NCBI RefSeq assembly: GCF_004010195.1
Contig: NC_057719.1
Coordinates: 50,767,008 to 50,831,007 of the forward strand
Reading direction: 5' to 3'
Length of the DNA stretch: 64,000 nucleotides
Source: Chiloscyllium plagiosum
Taxonomy: Eukaryota
Each line of letters begins with the position of its first letter. The first letter of the stretch is position 1. Below the pieces are notes generated by a model. It did no database searches. It saw only the letters and a program-made list of their open reading frames with translations, and was not told the DNA's origin. Of this stretch, positions 39,582 through 52,851 are shown piece by piece. The position numbers and the translations under genes are program-made.

Positions 39582-41029
39582 ATTTTCACTACTACGGTTT
39601 AGAGTTTCTCCCTCAGATGGTTCTGACACTCTTTAAGCAGTGCAAGGTGACAAAATTATGCTGTTCTCACACAGACCTGGGCTGTTTGCTGAGGAATATA
39701 TTGATTTAATATCATGTTTAGTGCTGGCTGCATGCATCAGCCAAGCAAGTTTGCCAGCAGCAAGAAATTGATATGCTATCTGTACTGAAAGCAACTGGCT
39801 ATAGTTAGCCATGCACTGAACATCCCATCTCTATTTTCTTTAGCTCCCAAAGTGTTCCACTGTAATATAATCCATTTATTAATTCAAACCTAGCACATTG
39901 TATAGGTTAGATATAATTTTGGCTTCTTATTATATCTGATCATGATAAAAAGCCCCAAGTATATGTTATTGCGAACAATTCAATTTCAAAATAATTGGTG
40001 TTATTGTTACTCACTGCACAACAAACTTGTAAATATCCATTTCTCTTTGAATTTCTATCTCAAATTCAATTCAAAAGTGACTTTTCATATGGTAACAATA
40101 AACACTTTGTAAGGTTTGATGCTAGTAACATTTGGTTACTTACTTGCTTCGGTGATTTAAAATGATTAGGAATAGTCGATTTCACCAGACAGCTTGGTGG
40201 TTTTACTAAGCTCTGGGAATTCTTTTTTTTTTTATGGAACAACTTGCATCTTTGAACACTCTGTAAAATTCTAAGATTGCACATTAAATGTGATGTAGCT
40301 TTTTTTTTTCCTTTTATTCATTCCTCAGGAATCTAAAAATGGCAAATGGGAACAGTTTAATGCAAATGGAATTTTTCATTATCTGTGACCTATTTTTGCT
40401 AATTGTTTCATTCCATGACTGTATTTTAGGAAATAGCCACATAAATTTTGTCACTCCCATCACAACTACACACCCTAGTGTAAGTCTTCAGATTCCATGC
40501 CAGGTCTGCACTTCTGATAGCAACTGATATCAAGAGGCAGATTTGTAGTGTGCATTTTGGTATCTCTTCTAATTCATGTTCTGGAAATTTTCCAAATGGC
40601 ATACAAAATAATTCAATGAAATTCCTATGTCTCCACTTGATGAAACACAAATTGAATACTAACAATGGCATTGAATGTTAATATTCTAACTGGACTCCTA
40701 TGAGGATGCATCATTTTCTTCAACAATAAATGCTACTTATATTTGTCTGGCAGTACAAAACTTGGGTATTGTTCAAAGAGGGCCTGAGCAATTTGTTCTT
40801 CATGCAAACTTGATACTGAAACAGGACACACCAAAGCCATCCTATGAAATATTGGTGACCCTGATCAGATCAGTTCTTACTGGATTCGCAGAAACTGACG
40901 AACAGCGTTAAGACAATCAGTTTTGATCCTGAAAGTGTTGTGTCTACCCCTGGAAGAATAAGGATTCACAAAGCTTCAAGCAATAAATACCACGAAGTAG
41001 CAGTAGCAACACAATGTATTTTCCATTAA

Positions 41030-41720
41030 CTCTGTCAAGCCAAAAAGATGTTATACCTATCCTGTGAATGAGTAATGTGGTTGAGGAGTTTCAGAGCCAG
41101 TGTGATGCTCGGTACGTAGACTGTACGGCCCAACGACTGGCAGATCACATCACAGAGCATATCTCTTCACCTGTGCATGACAAGCAAAGTTCTGACCATA
41201 CCCAACCAACACAAACTTGCAAAGCTCACAACTCTATCCAAAATTAAATGTGATTCTGTAAGTTGACAACATTTGCTAAATAATCCTGAGTGTGTGAATA
41301 ATTATGCTGACAAACAGTTTAGGATTTTTAGTTCACTTCAGCATGGTGCATTTTGTGATTAATGAAAGCTACATGTATTGATAGACAAGAACCCTGTTCT
41401 TTGCCCACAGAAAGAGAACGTACCTTCACCGTGCCTGTTTCAACTCATTTTCTGGTTCCTCACTCAGGTCAGCGCTTTGACCAAGCAGAATCAACCTGCC
41501 TAGTTTAAAATTTAAAGACAGCTTGGCAGTTACTGTCAGTCATCATTAACTGGTGCATTATCCATGACAATGCCTCTAACCAATCAGTCCACTTGCCAGT
41601 CAACCAGCACTTAGCTTTCATGTGATGTTGGTTTTCCTTTTGAATTGATATTCTTGTGAATTGTCCTCATGAGTGAAAGACGAAAGCCTTCACAAAACAT
41701 GACGTTCTTTCATCAGCAAT
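41030..41720 (+). mobile_element. Decayed PLE (GIY-YIG plus 3' end)
   Basis: Frame remnant SNVVEEFQSQCDARYVDCTAQRLADHITEH. Degenerate HHR-like ttgtc-CTCATGA-gt gaaag ac-GAAA at 41661-41695. Confidence 0.65.
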
Positions 41721-41754
41721 ATTTATCTTTAAAGGATGTCTTGAAACGGTTAAA

Positions 41755-42624
41755 GGTTCAAAGTTTGGGAGAAGGTTTGTAGCTCGGGTGCTCGTTGTTG
41801 TGGTTCTGTTCGCCGAGCTGTGAATTTGTGTTGCAGACGTTTCGTCCCCTGTCTAGGTGACATCCTCAGTGCTTGGGAGCCTCCTGTGAAGCGCTTCTGT
41901 GATGTTTCCTCTGGCATTTATAGTGATTTGTACCTGCCGCTTCCGGTTGTCAGTTCCAGCTGTCCGCTGCAGTGGCCGGTATATTGGGTCCAGGTCAATG
42001 TGCTTATTGATTTAATCTGTGGATGAGTGCCATGCCTCTAGGAATTTCCTGGCTGTTCTCTGTTTGGTCTGTCCTATAATAGTAGTGTTGTCCGCAATTT
42101 CATCAACAGATGCCTAAGGGAAAGACAACGGAATGAGGGCATGCCACAACCCAAAGGACTAGCCACACTACCATACATCAAAAACATTCCTGAACTGACA
42201 GCCAGACTACTGCGACCACTAGGACTCATAACAGCACACAAACCAACAGCCACTCTCAGACAACAACTCACCAGGACGAAGGACCTGATACCCAGCATGA
42301 GCAAAACCATTGTAGTGTACAAAGTCCCATGCAAGGACTGCACAAAACACTACATAGGACAAACAGGAAGACAGCTAACGATCCGCATCCATGAACACCA
42401 ACTAACCACGAAACGACATGTTCAGCTATCTTTAGTAGCCACACACTCAGATGACAAGCAACATGAGTTCGACTGAGACAACACTACTATTATAGGACAA
42501 GCCAAACAGGGAACAGCCAGGGAATTCCTAGAGGCATGGCACTCATCCACAGATTCAATCAATAAGCACATCGACCTGGACCCAATATACCGACCACTGC
42601 AACGGACAGCTGGAACTGACAACC
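41755..42624 (+). mobile_element. Young PLE with inverted upstream terminal segment; GIY-YIG ORF has one premature stop
   Basis: ORF LPYIKN..VVYKVPCKDCTKHYIGQTGRQLTIRIHEH..HEFD*DNTTIIGQAK..REFLEAWHS..SINKHIDLDPIY. ~41945-42091 is the reverse complement of ~42477-42624. Confidence 0.92.
41833..41872 (-). ncRNA. Minimal type I hammerhead ribozyme motif in the PLE terminal repeat
   Basis: Minus strand reads GCA-CUGAGGA-U-GUCACCU AGAC AGGGGAC-GAAA-CG-UC-UGC: stem I GCA/UGC, 6/7-bp stem II, palindromic ACGU stem III, GUC cleavage triplet. Confidence 0.8.
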
Positions 42625-43011
42625 NNNNNNNNNNNNNNNNNNNNNNNNNNNNNNNNNNNNNNNNNNNNNNNNNNNNNNNNNNNNNNNNNNNNNNNNNNNN
42701 NNNNNNNNNNNNNNNNNNNNNNNNNNNNNNNNNNNNNNNNNNNNNNNNNNNNNNNNNNNNNNNNNNNNNNNNNNNNNNNNNNNNNNNNNNNNNNNNNNNN
42801 NNNNNNNNNNNNNNNNNNNNNNNNNNNNNNNNNNNNNNNNNNNNNNNNNNNNNNNNNNNNNNNNNNNNNNNNNNNNNNNNNNNNNNNNNNNNNNNNNNNN
42901 NNNNNNNNNNNNNNNNNNNNNNNNNNNNNNNNNNNNNNNNNNNNNNNNNNNNNNNNNNNNNNNNNNNNNNNNNNNNNNNNNNNNNNNNNNNNNNNNNNNN
43001 NNNNNNNNNNN
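42625..43011. other. Assembly gap (N run)
   Basis: 387 consecutive Ns between a PLE and a CR1. Confidence 0.99.
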
Positions 43012-43637
43012 ATTTGGATGCGAGCATAAGAGGTGCAGTTAGTAAGTTTGCAGATGACACCAAAATTGGAGGTGTAGTGGACAGAGAGGAGGGTTACCTC
43101 AGATTACAACAGGATCTGGACCAGATGGGCCAATGGGCTGAGAAGTGGCAGATGGAGTTTAATTCAGATAAATGCAAGGTGCTGCATTTTGGGAAAGCAA
43201 ATATTCGCAGGACTTATACACTTAGGGAGTGTTGCTGAACAAAGAGACCTTGGAGTGCAGGATCATAGCTCCTTGAAAGTGGAGTTGCAGGTAGATAGGA
43301 TAGTGAAGGCGGCGTTTGGTAGGCTTTCCTTTATTGGTCAGAGTATTGAGTACAGGAGTTGGGAGGTCATGTTGCGACTGTACAGGACATTGGTTAGGCC
43401 ACTGTTGTAACCTTTTCATGCAGAGGGTAGTACGTATATGGAATGAGCTGCCAGAGGATGTGGTGGAGGCTTGTACAATTGCAATATTCAAGAGGCATTT
43501 GAATGGGTATTTGAATAGGAAGGGTTTGGAGGGATATGGGCCGGATGCTGACAGGTAGGACTAGATTGGGTTGGCATATCTGGTCAGCATGGACAGGTTG
43601 GACCGAAGGGTCTGTTTCCAAGCTGTACATCTCTATC
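43012..43637 (+). mobile_element. CR1 3' fragment with internal deletions
   Basis: KFADDTKIGGVVD..KCKVLHFGK. The sequence jumps from LVRPLL directly to FMQRVVRIWNELP. Confidence 0.92.
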
Positions 43638-44879
43638 AGAACTCCACAAATCCTGCATGTCTGTTTTCAAAATAACATTGAAAAGTCTGTTTTCAAATTA
43701 GCTGTAAACTTTGAGTCAATATGTTTTGCACAAAATCAGCTGCAGCATTATTCATTGGTTAATTGTGCTAAACGTGAGAGTTGCAGAGCTATTGAGTTAT
43801 CCATAGTGTTTGGTAGAATAAATATGTTGGTAGATAATTAGAAAGCAGTTGCCTCTGGCAGAATGCAGAAACCCAAATAAAAATGTGAGAGCAGAATTAC
43901 TGAAGCAGTTACTCCAGTAGAAAATCAGATACTTTAGTATGGACTGGAAACCAGTTGTTGGATCGTATCATTACCAAATGGGCTGTTGTGTATCAATATT
44001 TTATTATTTGAAGATGCACGTTGTTTACCAAAAATGCATTCTGTAGATTCCAATGAAACCAAAGATCAATTGTGGATATCAAGCTTTCTAAATTTTTGTA
44101 GATTAAAAACAAGTATCCCTGTTGAAAATCCTGCATAGTGTGCAATTTTAGGGATGTAGCTGTTACTATTTTCCCTTCATATGTTGAAATCAGACGGCTG
44201 GCAGCTGTTTTTAATTATCTTAATACAGCAGGCTGGTGCACTTCAGATCTGAAATACACAACATCACAGAGCAGGCATTTCTGTTTGGAACTATAACACT
44301 GGTAAAACAGCATGCAATACAAATTAACTATTCAAAAGTCAAACCTTGCTCCAAACATAGACAAAAGAGCTTAATTACAGAGGTGAGGTGTATGACTGCC
44401 CTTGATATCTAGGCTGCATTTAACTGTGTAGCAACAAGATGTTTGAGTAAAATTGAAATAATTGTGAACTGGGGTAACCATAACTGGTTGGCATAATCCC
44501 TAACATAAAGCAACATAGAGTAATAGGAGTGTACAGCACAGAAAAAGGCCTTTTGGCCCATCGAGATGACCTGGTCAAAAACAACCACCTAATTATATTC
44601 CATTTTCCAGTTCTTGGACCATAGCCTAGTATGCCTAGGCATCAGAAGTGCACATTGAAGTAATTCTTAAATATTATGATGGTTTCTGCCACTACCACCC
44701 TCTTGATGAAAAATATTTTCTTCACATTCCCCTCTAAACCTCCTGCCCCTGACCTTAAAACATTATTGTAGTTATTGGCAACAATTTAGCCACAAGGCAT
44801 TGCTGCAATAGATCCTCAGGGCAGTATCCTATGCTCAAACATCATCAGCTGGATTATCAATGACCTTTCTTGAATCATA

Positions 44880-46482
44880 ATGTCAGAAAATGTCGATATT
44901 ACACGGGAGGAGGTGCTGGATGTCTTAAAATGCATAAAGGTGGATAAATCCCCAGGACCTGACCAGGTGTATCCTAGAACTCTGTGGGAAGCTAGGAAAG
45001 TGATTGCTGGGCCCCTTGCTGAGATATTTGGATCATCGATAGTAACAGGTGAGGTGCTAGAAGACTGGAGGTTGGTTAACTTGGTGCCACTATTTAAGAA
45101 ACATGGTAAGGAAAAGCTATGGAACTGTAGACCGTTGAGCCTGACATCGGTGGTGGGCAAATTGTTGGAGGGAATCCTGAAGGATAGGATTTACATGTAT
45201 TTGGAAAGGCACAGACTAATTAGGGATATGGCTTTGTGCGTGGAAAATCATGTCTCACTAAATTGGTTGAGACTTTTAAAGAAGTAACAAAAAGGATTGA
45301 AGAGGGCAGACCAGTGGATGTGATCTATGTGGACTTCAGTAAGGTGTTCCTCATAGTAGACTGGTTAGCAAGGTTAGATAACATGGAATACAAGGAGAAC
45401 TAGTCATTTGGATACACAACTGGCTCGAAGGTAGAAGACAAAGGATGGTGGTGGATGGTTGTTTTTCAGACGGGAGGTCTGTGACCAGTGGAGTGCCACA
45501 AGGATTGGTACTGGGTCCACTGCTCTTCGTCATTTATACAAACGGTCTGGATGTGAACATAGGAGGTATAGTTAGTACATTTGCAGATTACACAAAAATT
45601 GGAGATGTAGTGGACAGCGAAGAAGGTTATCTCCAAGTACAACGGGATCGTGATCAGATGGGCCAATGGGCCAGGGATGGTAGAAGGGGTTTAATTTAGA
45701 TAAATATGCGGTGCTACATTTTGGAAAGGCAAATCAGAGCAGAACTTATACATTTAATGCTAAGGTCCTGGGAGGTGTTGCTGAACAAACAGACCTTAGA
45801 GTGCAGGTTCATAGCTCCTTGAAAATGGAGTTGCAGACAGAAAGGATAGTGGAGGCAGCATTTGATATGCTTTCCTTTAATGGTCAAAGCATTGAGTATC
45901 GGAGTTGGGAGGTCATGTTGCAGCTGTATAGGACCTTGGTTGGGCCACTTTTGGAATATTTTGTTCAATTCTAATCTTCCTTCTATAGGAAGGATGTTGT
46001 GAAACTTGAAAGGGTTCAGAAAAGATTTACAGGATTGGAGGGTTTCAGCTATTGGAAAAGGCTGAAAAGACTGGGGCCGTTTTCCCTGGAACACGAAGGT
46101 TCAGGGTGTCCTTATAGAGGTTTATAAAATCATGAGGGGCATGGACAGGGTAAATAGACATGGTCTTTTCCCATGGTGGGGGAGTTCAGAAGTAGAGGGC
46201 ATAGGTTTAATATGAGAGGGGAAAGATTTAAAAGGGACCTAAGGGGCAACTTTTTCTCACAGAGGGTGGTGCGTGTATGGAATGCGCTGCCAAAGGAAAT
46301 GGTTGGAGCTGGTACAATTCCAGCATTTAAAAGGCATCTGGATGGGTATATGAATAGGAAGTGTTTAGAGGGATACGGGCCAAATGCTGGCAAATGAGGC
46401 TAGATTAGGTTGGGATATCTGGATAGCATGGATGAGTTGGACCAAAGAGTCTGTTTCCATGTTGTACATCTCTGTGACTCTA
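44880..46482 (+). mobile_element. CR1 LINE, RT domain to 3' tail
   Basis: KSPGPDQVYPRTLWEA, VPQGLVLGPLLFVIY, FFSQRVVRVWNALP. Inserted in an older LINE remnant. Confidence 0.95.
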
Positions 46483-47261
46483 AATGGGATGCTCATTGAT
46501 AATTGCACAAACTTCAAGTTCATTCACAAATCACATGTAGTTAAGACCTGGATAACATTCTGGCTTAGACAACTAACATTTGGCCAGTCAAGTGTCAAAT
46601 GAATTACTAACAAGAACACATCTAGCCATCTTCCCTTACCAACATAGCTCCATCTTAATCAACATTCTGGGAAGGAAGCAAGAAAGGCCTAGCCAGAATT
46701 ACATTCGAATATGCTGATGTATATGTAGTATCAGGTTATGGAGGTAGAAGTAAGCAGTTAAAATGATGGCACAGTATGAATTTGGAAGATCATCTTGGGG
46801 TCATCTATGAGATTGAATTTTCAAGTCGTCTGTATCTCACGGTTATCAGTCAGAGAAAATGAAATTTCTGATAACATCAGAAGACAACTATTTTAGTTTT
46901 TTTTACATCAGCACATCTGCTTCTAAAACCGGCATACCTCCCTTTGTTAACTCTGGTTTGGATTATGTAGCATTTTTGGCTGGACCATCTTTCATTTTGC
47001 ATATTTGTAAACTCATGCCAATATCCTAACCTCAACCAAATGTTATTTACCTTTCACCTCTGTATTCACATATTGAGCCCTGATTAACCGATGCCTGATT
47101 TAAAATTCCTTTCTTTGTTTTCAAATGCCTTCATGGCTTACCCTCCCTCTATATCTATGTAACCTCCTACAGTCCTATAAGCCTTCAAGATACATTTTGT
47201 CTTAAATTCTTAGTTATGCATAACCTCACACTTTCCCACATATATACTGCTAAGATTTTGC

Positions 47262-47448
47262 GGTGGAAGCTGGTACAATTGCAACATTTAAGAGGCATTT
47301 GGATGGGTACATGAATAGGAAGGATTTGGAGGGATATGGGCTGGGTACTGGCAGGTGGGACTAGGTTGGGTTGGGATATCTCATCAACATGGACGGGTTG
47401 GATCGAAGGGTCTGTTTCCATGCTGTACATCTCTATGACTCCATAACT
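47262..47448 (+). mobile_element. Short CR1 3' fragment
   Basis: Near-identical to the ends of 27123-27955 and 13108-13510. Confidence 0.9.
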
Positions 47449-49029
47449 CTCATTTAACATCTTTGTAAACTATTTGTGTCATCCTTGCCACATACCTATT
47501 TTTGTGTCAACTGCAAACTTGAAGATAATGGATTCACTTTTCTCATTCAAGTTATTAAGATATGTTGTAAGTAACAGCACTGATCCCTGTAGTACTCAAC
47601 TAATTGAAGGTCACTGTGCTGAAAATACCACCCTAAACAAAATTGTCAACCATTGGTTAGCCAATCCTCTATCTATACCAATATACTACATCCAACAACA
47701 TAGGCTTTCCCTCAGAATAAATTTAGTCTGACCTTTCTTCAAGACATCACATAGTATTTCATGCTGCTAAAATCAGACTTTGCTTTCCAAAATATTTTCT
47801 GCAAAAATGATGGAAATGTTTTCTTCTCTACTATATAATTTCTATCTTATGAATTTTTAAATCAATACAAAGGTAAATAATTAAATCAGTAATTATAAGT
47901 TTTCACTTTAAATATCATTACAAATTTTTGAACACAGACCAATTTTCTACTTAAAAATATCAAAACTTAATACTGATAACAGTTTAGACCATATCTGATA
48001 CATCTATGCATTCATTGACTGCAGTTGAAAAGAGTTTGATGTAAAAAAAATCCAATACAGCTGTCCAAAGCATGCTCAGCCTCGCTAATGCAGAGAACCA
48101 GAATTACAGCCTCACAAGAATAACAGTTGCCATAGAAACTAGCATCTTTGCTCAACTGTGCCTCGAGGCATAAATTGGTCAGTTGCTTATAATAGGCACA
48201 GCATCCATGCATAAAACCATCTGTTATAAACAGTTTATGTTGGATTTTGTGCTCTTTCATGTGACCATTGTTATAAGATTTCTTTTGAAGATTCTTCATA
48301 TTTGTATATGCATGTATATTTATATCATACCTCTTTATATGTTAAATTGAAACTATTACACTTTGAAAGAGAGGCTGGAAGAAAACCTGATCCATATAGC
48401 TGTTGTTCTGTTTGACCTCTTAAAGAAATTTAAGCTTCTTGTATCTGCAACCCCCATTGCCAAGCTTTTAAAAAAAAAATGGGCACCATCTTAGTGATGT
48501 TCTGTACTTCTCAACTAACTCAACCTGTTTTTAGTTTGTATTCTCATTCCCTCAACTGTTGTCATATCATACAAATATTCTTAACTGATCTTGAATATCA
48601 CTTAACTTCATCAGTTATCAAAACTCAATCATATGGTTCCTTAATATTCATCTATGTATTAAATTCCACTATTTTGAGCTAAAATTCAAATGTTTTATCT
48701 TTTGCCCCACCCTTATATCATTAGCAACACTTTCTTTCTAAATTACAGAAATGTGCACAGTAACATAAGTAAAACCTGATAACTGTTCTATATTAGAATT
48801 TTGCATCAAATTCTTTTTGTCCCATCCCTGAGTTAAATAATTCCACAGACCTTCAAAATAAAGCACAACTGTTGGTTTTAAGGAATGTAACTCTTACAAA
48901 TCTATCACATAGTATTTTTAAAAAGCTGCATTTGTTCATAGCAATGTGCTGCCACAAAGAAAAAAATCAGATGAATCGCCATACTCGATGAGCTTGGCAC
49001 GGTTACCAGTATAAAGAAGGTAATATTTC

Positions 49030-49136
49030 TCAGCCTTCCAAAGCTTGTGTACCTGATGACTCTGGGACTTGAACCAGTGGCTGTGAGCCGCCGGTAAAAC
49101 CAAAAGGTTGTCCATGCTGTACTTGGCTTTGTGCAT
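49030..49136 (-). CDS. Probable terminal coding exon of an unidentified minus-strand gene
   Basis: Minus acceptor tttttgctctttgtttggtgatctgctgcttgtctgtgcAG. Phase-1 frame AQSQVQHGQPFGFTGGSQPLVQVPESSGTQALEG*. Followed by ~1.3 kb of repeat-free AT-rich, UTR-like sequence. Confidence 0.55.
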
Positions 49137-49269
49137 CTGCACAGACAAGCAGCAGATCACCAAACAAAGAGCAAAAATTGCAACATGCATTGCCATTGTT
49201 TGACTAATTCTGAACCATTTTTTTCATGAGATGGACATCAAACCCACCAAACATTTTTTAATTTACCTG

Positions 49270-49640
49270 GGAATGGTAACACTGTGTAATATTCTCAGAC
49301 TAGTAATCTAGAAACCAGGCCTATTGCTCCAGAAAGATGAGATTGAATCCCACCATGTCGCTGGGGAGATATTCATGATAAACTTCTAAATAATAAGCTT
49401 GTATCAATAATGATGATCATAAAACTGTCACAGAAATCTGGTTTGTTCACTGATGTCATTCAAGGCAGAAAGTCTGCTGACCTTACCTGGCCTGACCCAT
49501 TAATGACATTAGAACCACATCCATTGGTTGATCTTAATTATCCTTTGAAATGGCTGAGCAAACCGCTCAACTGTATCAAACTGCTACTGAAAAGCAGAGT
49601 AGAGGTAAAAAAGAACGCCATCACCTGGCAGTAGAAATTG
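49270..49640 (+). mobile_element. Old tRNA-head SINE-like repeat
   Basis: B-box-like gattgaatcc. Body matches the 6380-6640 and 8070-8380 copies. Confidence 0.6.
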
Positions 49641-49899
49641 GCTCTACCAAGTCCTCCTTCCAACCTCTGGAGAAAATAAGAGGAAAAAACTTAGGAGACA
49701 AATTACTCAAACAACACTCTTTTACTTATTTCATAGGATGAAAGCATCACTTTCAAAGCTGTGATTCGTTGTACATCCCAAATTGCCTTTGAAAAGACCT
49801 GACATATGTTACTGAATCGTACCATACAACAGTACCCCAGTCACCTCCATGTCGCTATGCATTTCCTGTACTGCCAGCAAGACTGACCCATCAGAGGTG

Positions 49900-51320
49900 A
49901 TGGCACAACAGTATTTAGTCAGTCTGTAGTTGTCTTTGAAGTCCTTAACATTGGTCCTTCACTGCATGAAGTCTGTTGGTGTCAAGTGGAACGTAGGCAA
50001 GGCAAACTACAGCTACTTACTACTTATCACCCACCCTCAACTAGTATTTCTGTAGTGCTAGTATTTTTGAACACCACTTGGATGATGCACTGAGGCTAGT
50101 AAGAGGACAACTTCAACAGATCTTAGTCATTATGGCATCATCCCAACAAAGTGAAAGGTTTCCCAGGTATTCATATCCATGAAAACAGGACCAATCCAAT
50201 CTGATAAAGTAACATCTATCAGTCTACTCTGAGTCTTCAGCAAAATGGTTGCCAGTGTTATCAAACTGCATTTACTGGACATTAACTTGCTCACCCATAC
50301 TCAGTTTGGATTTTGCGAGGGCCACTCACCTTCTCATTCCAGATCTCATTACAGTCTTTTTGCAAATAAGGTGAATTGTAGACGTGCAGTGAAAGTGACT
50401 GTGATGCTGCTTTGATGTCAAAGTGCATCATCATGTATCCCAGTTGTCTGCAACTGATTGGACTCATATGCAGCACAAAGAATGATGGCTGTAGTTCTTG
50501 GAGGCCAATCACCCTTTCCCAACAATGTAACTGCAGGAGTTCCTCACAACTCAGCATTCTTCAACTGGTTAACCAATTATCTTCTCTCCAAGTGGGGATG
50601 GTCGCTGATCATTGAACAACCTTCGGTACAGTTTTCATCTCTAAGTGTCTGTGCCTTTATGCAACAAGACTCGAACTTTCAGGCAAACTTGTACTGTTGA
50701 GTGACAAGTGGAATTTCTGCAACACAATTGCCAATCATTGATCACCTCCAACAAAGAGAATCTAATTATCATCTTTACATTACCAACATTACCATTGCTG
50801 ATTCCTCTGTGATCAATATCCTGACACAACTGACCCAAGACTTAAACAGAATCAGAACTTTGAATATTCTCCACTGGGTGAATTCAACTCCACCAATACT
50901 TAAAAGGCTCAACTCCATTTAGGACAAAGCAGCCCATTTTCTTAATGCTCTATCTAACACCTTCAGTATTCATTCTTTCCCCTGGTGGTGTACAGTTGTT
51001 TTGCAACATGAGAATATAGTATTGTGCTGCAGAAATTCATTGAGCTTCTATCAACAGCACCTTCAAAGTCCTTAACTGCTAACAAGTAGAACAAGAGCAA
51101 CAGATGCATGGGAATGCTGCCACATGCAGCTTCCTCTCCAAGAAACATACCATCACAACTTAGAGCTATATTGTATTCTTTCAGTATGGCTGAGTGAAAT
51201 ATCCTCCTGAGCAGCTCTGTGGGCTGCAGCTATTCAAGAAGGCAACTCGCCATCAATAGCAATTAAGAATGACCAACAAATTCTGATCTTGTTAACATTC
51301 AACAGATTTTTAAAAAAGCA
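49900..51320 (+). mobile_element. Highly decayed LINE (RT remnants)
   Basis: Remnants resembling QFGF, xFDVK and AGVP motifs. Related to 22540-23235 and 44380-44880. Confidence 0.5.
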
Positions 51321-52117
51321 TTAAAATGTCAAGAAGGTGGACCATATCTTACTTCATCCGCTGAGGTAATACCCACTGCCAAACGGCACAAACCAATCTT
51401 GGGGAGTAGAAGGAATAGGTGTCCTCTCCTCCAACATCACTGACATTGTCAACACTAAGCATTTTTTGGCACACTGAATTATATTGTAATTGTTTTGATG
51501 GAGTTTAAACATGTTGATTTTGGTGTTTCATTCTTTGTTGTAAGTAGTGGTATTCAGTCATGCTTTCAGAATGGGATTTTTGTGAAAATAAACCATTCTT
51601 GGATGAAGCTGATTTGGGAGACCCCTTGAAAATATCTTGAGTCAACGACTGAAATCACTCATTCGACATAATATTAGAAAAATGCTTTGATTGCAGCACC
51701 ACACATTTGCTGTCTGAGGGATCCATCAATCTGATTCCTTTTGTAATGCACATAGACCAGAGTTTTTCGATAAATCCAGTAATTCCTCTTTGTGTTTTTC
51801 ATCCCTAAATATATTATTTTACATTTAACTCCATTTATCTATATCTGCCAAGAGTTCCCTGCCTCACCAAGCTGTTTAAGCTTATCTTCATCCATCACAT
51901 CAGCCCTGCTATTTTAGTGTCATCAATAAATGTTGATATGATGCTGCTAGTATTCCGTGCTGAAAATATGAGAGTTCTAGTCCCAACATCAAACGTTTGA
52001 CATCCAGACTTGACATGCACACATATTTTAGACTGCAAAAAGTCAGTTGGTGAAGGGTAGAACTGGAGCCAATCTTTGTACAACTTTATAAACATTTTAT
52101 GACAGTTACACATATAA

Positions 52118-52357
52118 TTTTCTAATCAACCTGCTCAGAGATGTTATAACATCTTAACCAGCCACCCAGCTCAGAAGTAAGAGTATGATTAGAGTGTCAC
52201 AAGAGCCCGGAAGAGTTATTTCAGCATGTATCTCCTAACATATTTTCTGATCAACCTGCTCAGAGGTACTATTACACATCTGTGGAGCAGGTAGGATTTG
52301 AACACCAGCCTTCTGGCTCAAAAGAAGAGACACTATCACTTTGGCGTAAAAGCCCTC
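52118..52357 (-). mobile_element. Tandem pair of very short tRNA-derived SINE-like units
   Basis: Two units (~52118-52208, ~52242-52357) share ttttct.atcaacctgctcagag. The minus strand has a B-box-like gtgttcaaatcc. Confidence 0.55.
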
Positions 52358-52820
52358 TAAGAATTTACCTCCAAACCCAATAAATGTCAGTACCCACCAT
52401 CTGTATACAATTAACAGTTTGTCACCTTCCATTCAGCTGTAATTCAATCTATTGTAAGATACCTTCATCGGTAATTCTCCAATTTTTTGAAATACATTAT
52501 CTCTCGATCACTTTAGTACAAGCCTTGTTAAAAGACAAGCATGTCACACTATAAAAACCACAACTTTTTATTTCTTTTATTTCTTGACCATGGACTTAAA
52601 AAAAAAAGATAGATATGGCCTTATAGCAAGTTGACTATCTTGAGGGATGGCTGCAGTTTCAAACAATCTTGTTTACTGGAACATATTGTGAGTTGAGTTT
52701 GTTGTACTTTTTTTTCTGGAGAGCAGAAGCAAACTTCACAGAGATGATGCATTGTGAATAAGGGCCAATTGCTTGGTGATGACATTTCATTTGGTTCTTG
52801 ACTGGGTGACCATGGCTTAC

Positions 52821-52851
52821 GTGAAGCCAATGCAACAGAGAACCACCTAAG
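52821..52851 (-). CDS. Candidate 31-nt exon (LRWFSVALAS+)
   Basis: Minus acceptor gttttctctttgcAG, donor GTAAGC. Phase 0 to 1 joins 49136 in frame (CAT = His). Confidence 0.5.

Noticed and set aside
42422..43063. 213-aa ORF
   Set aside because: Artefact of translating through the N gap.
48936..49196. ORF with a signal-peptide-like N-terminus and faint UGT-like LLVLP..SHW
   Set aside because: The hydrophobic start is better explained as a splice-acceptor pyrimidine tract, and similarity does not continue.
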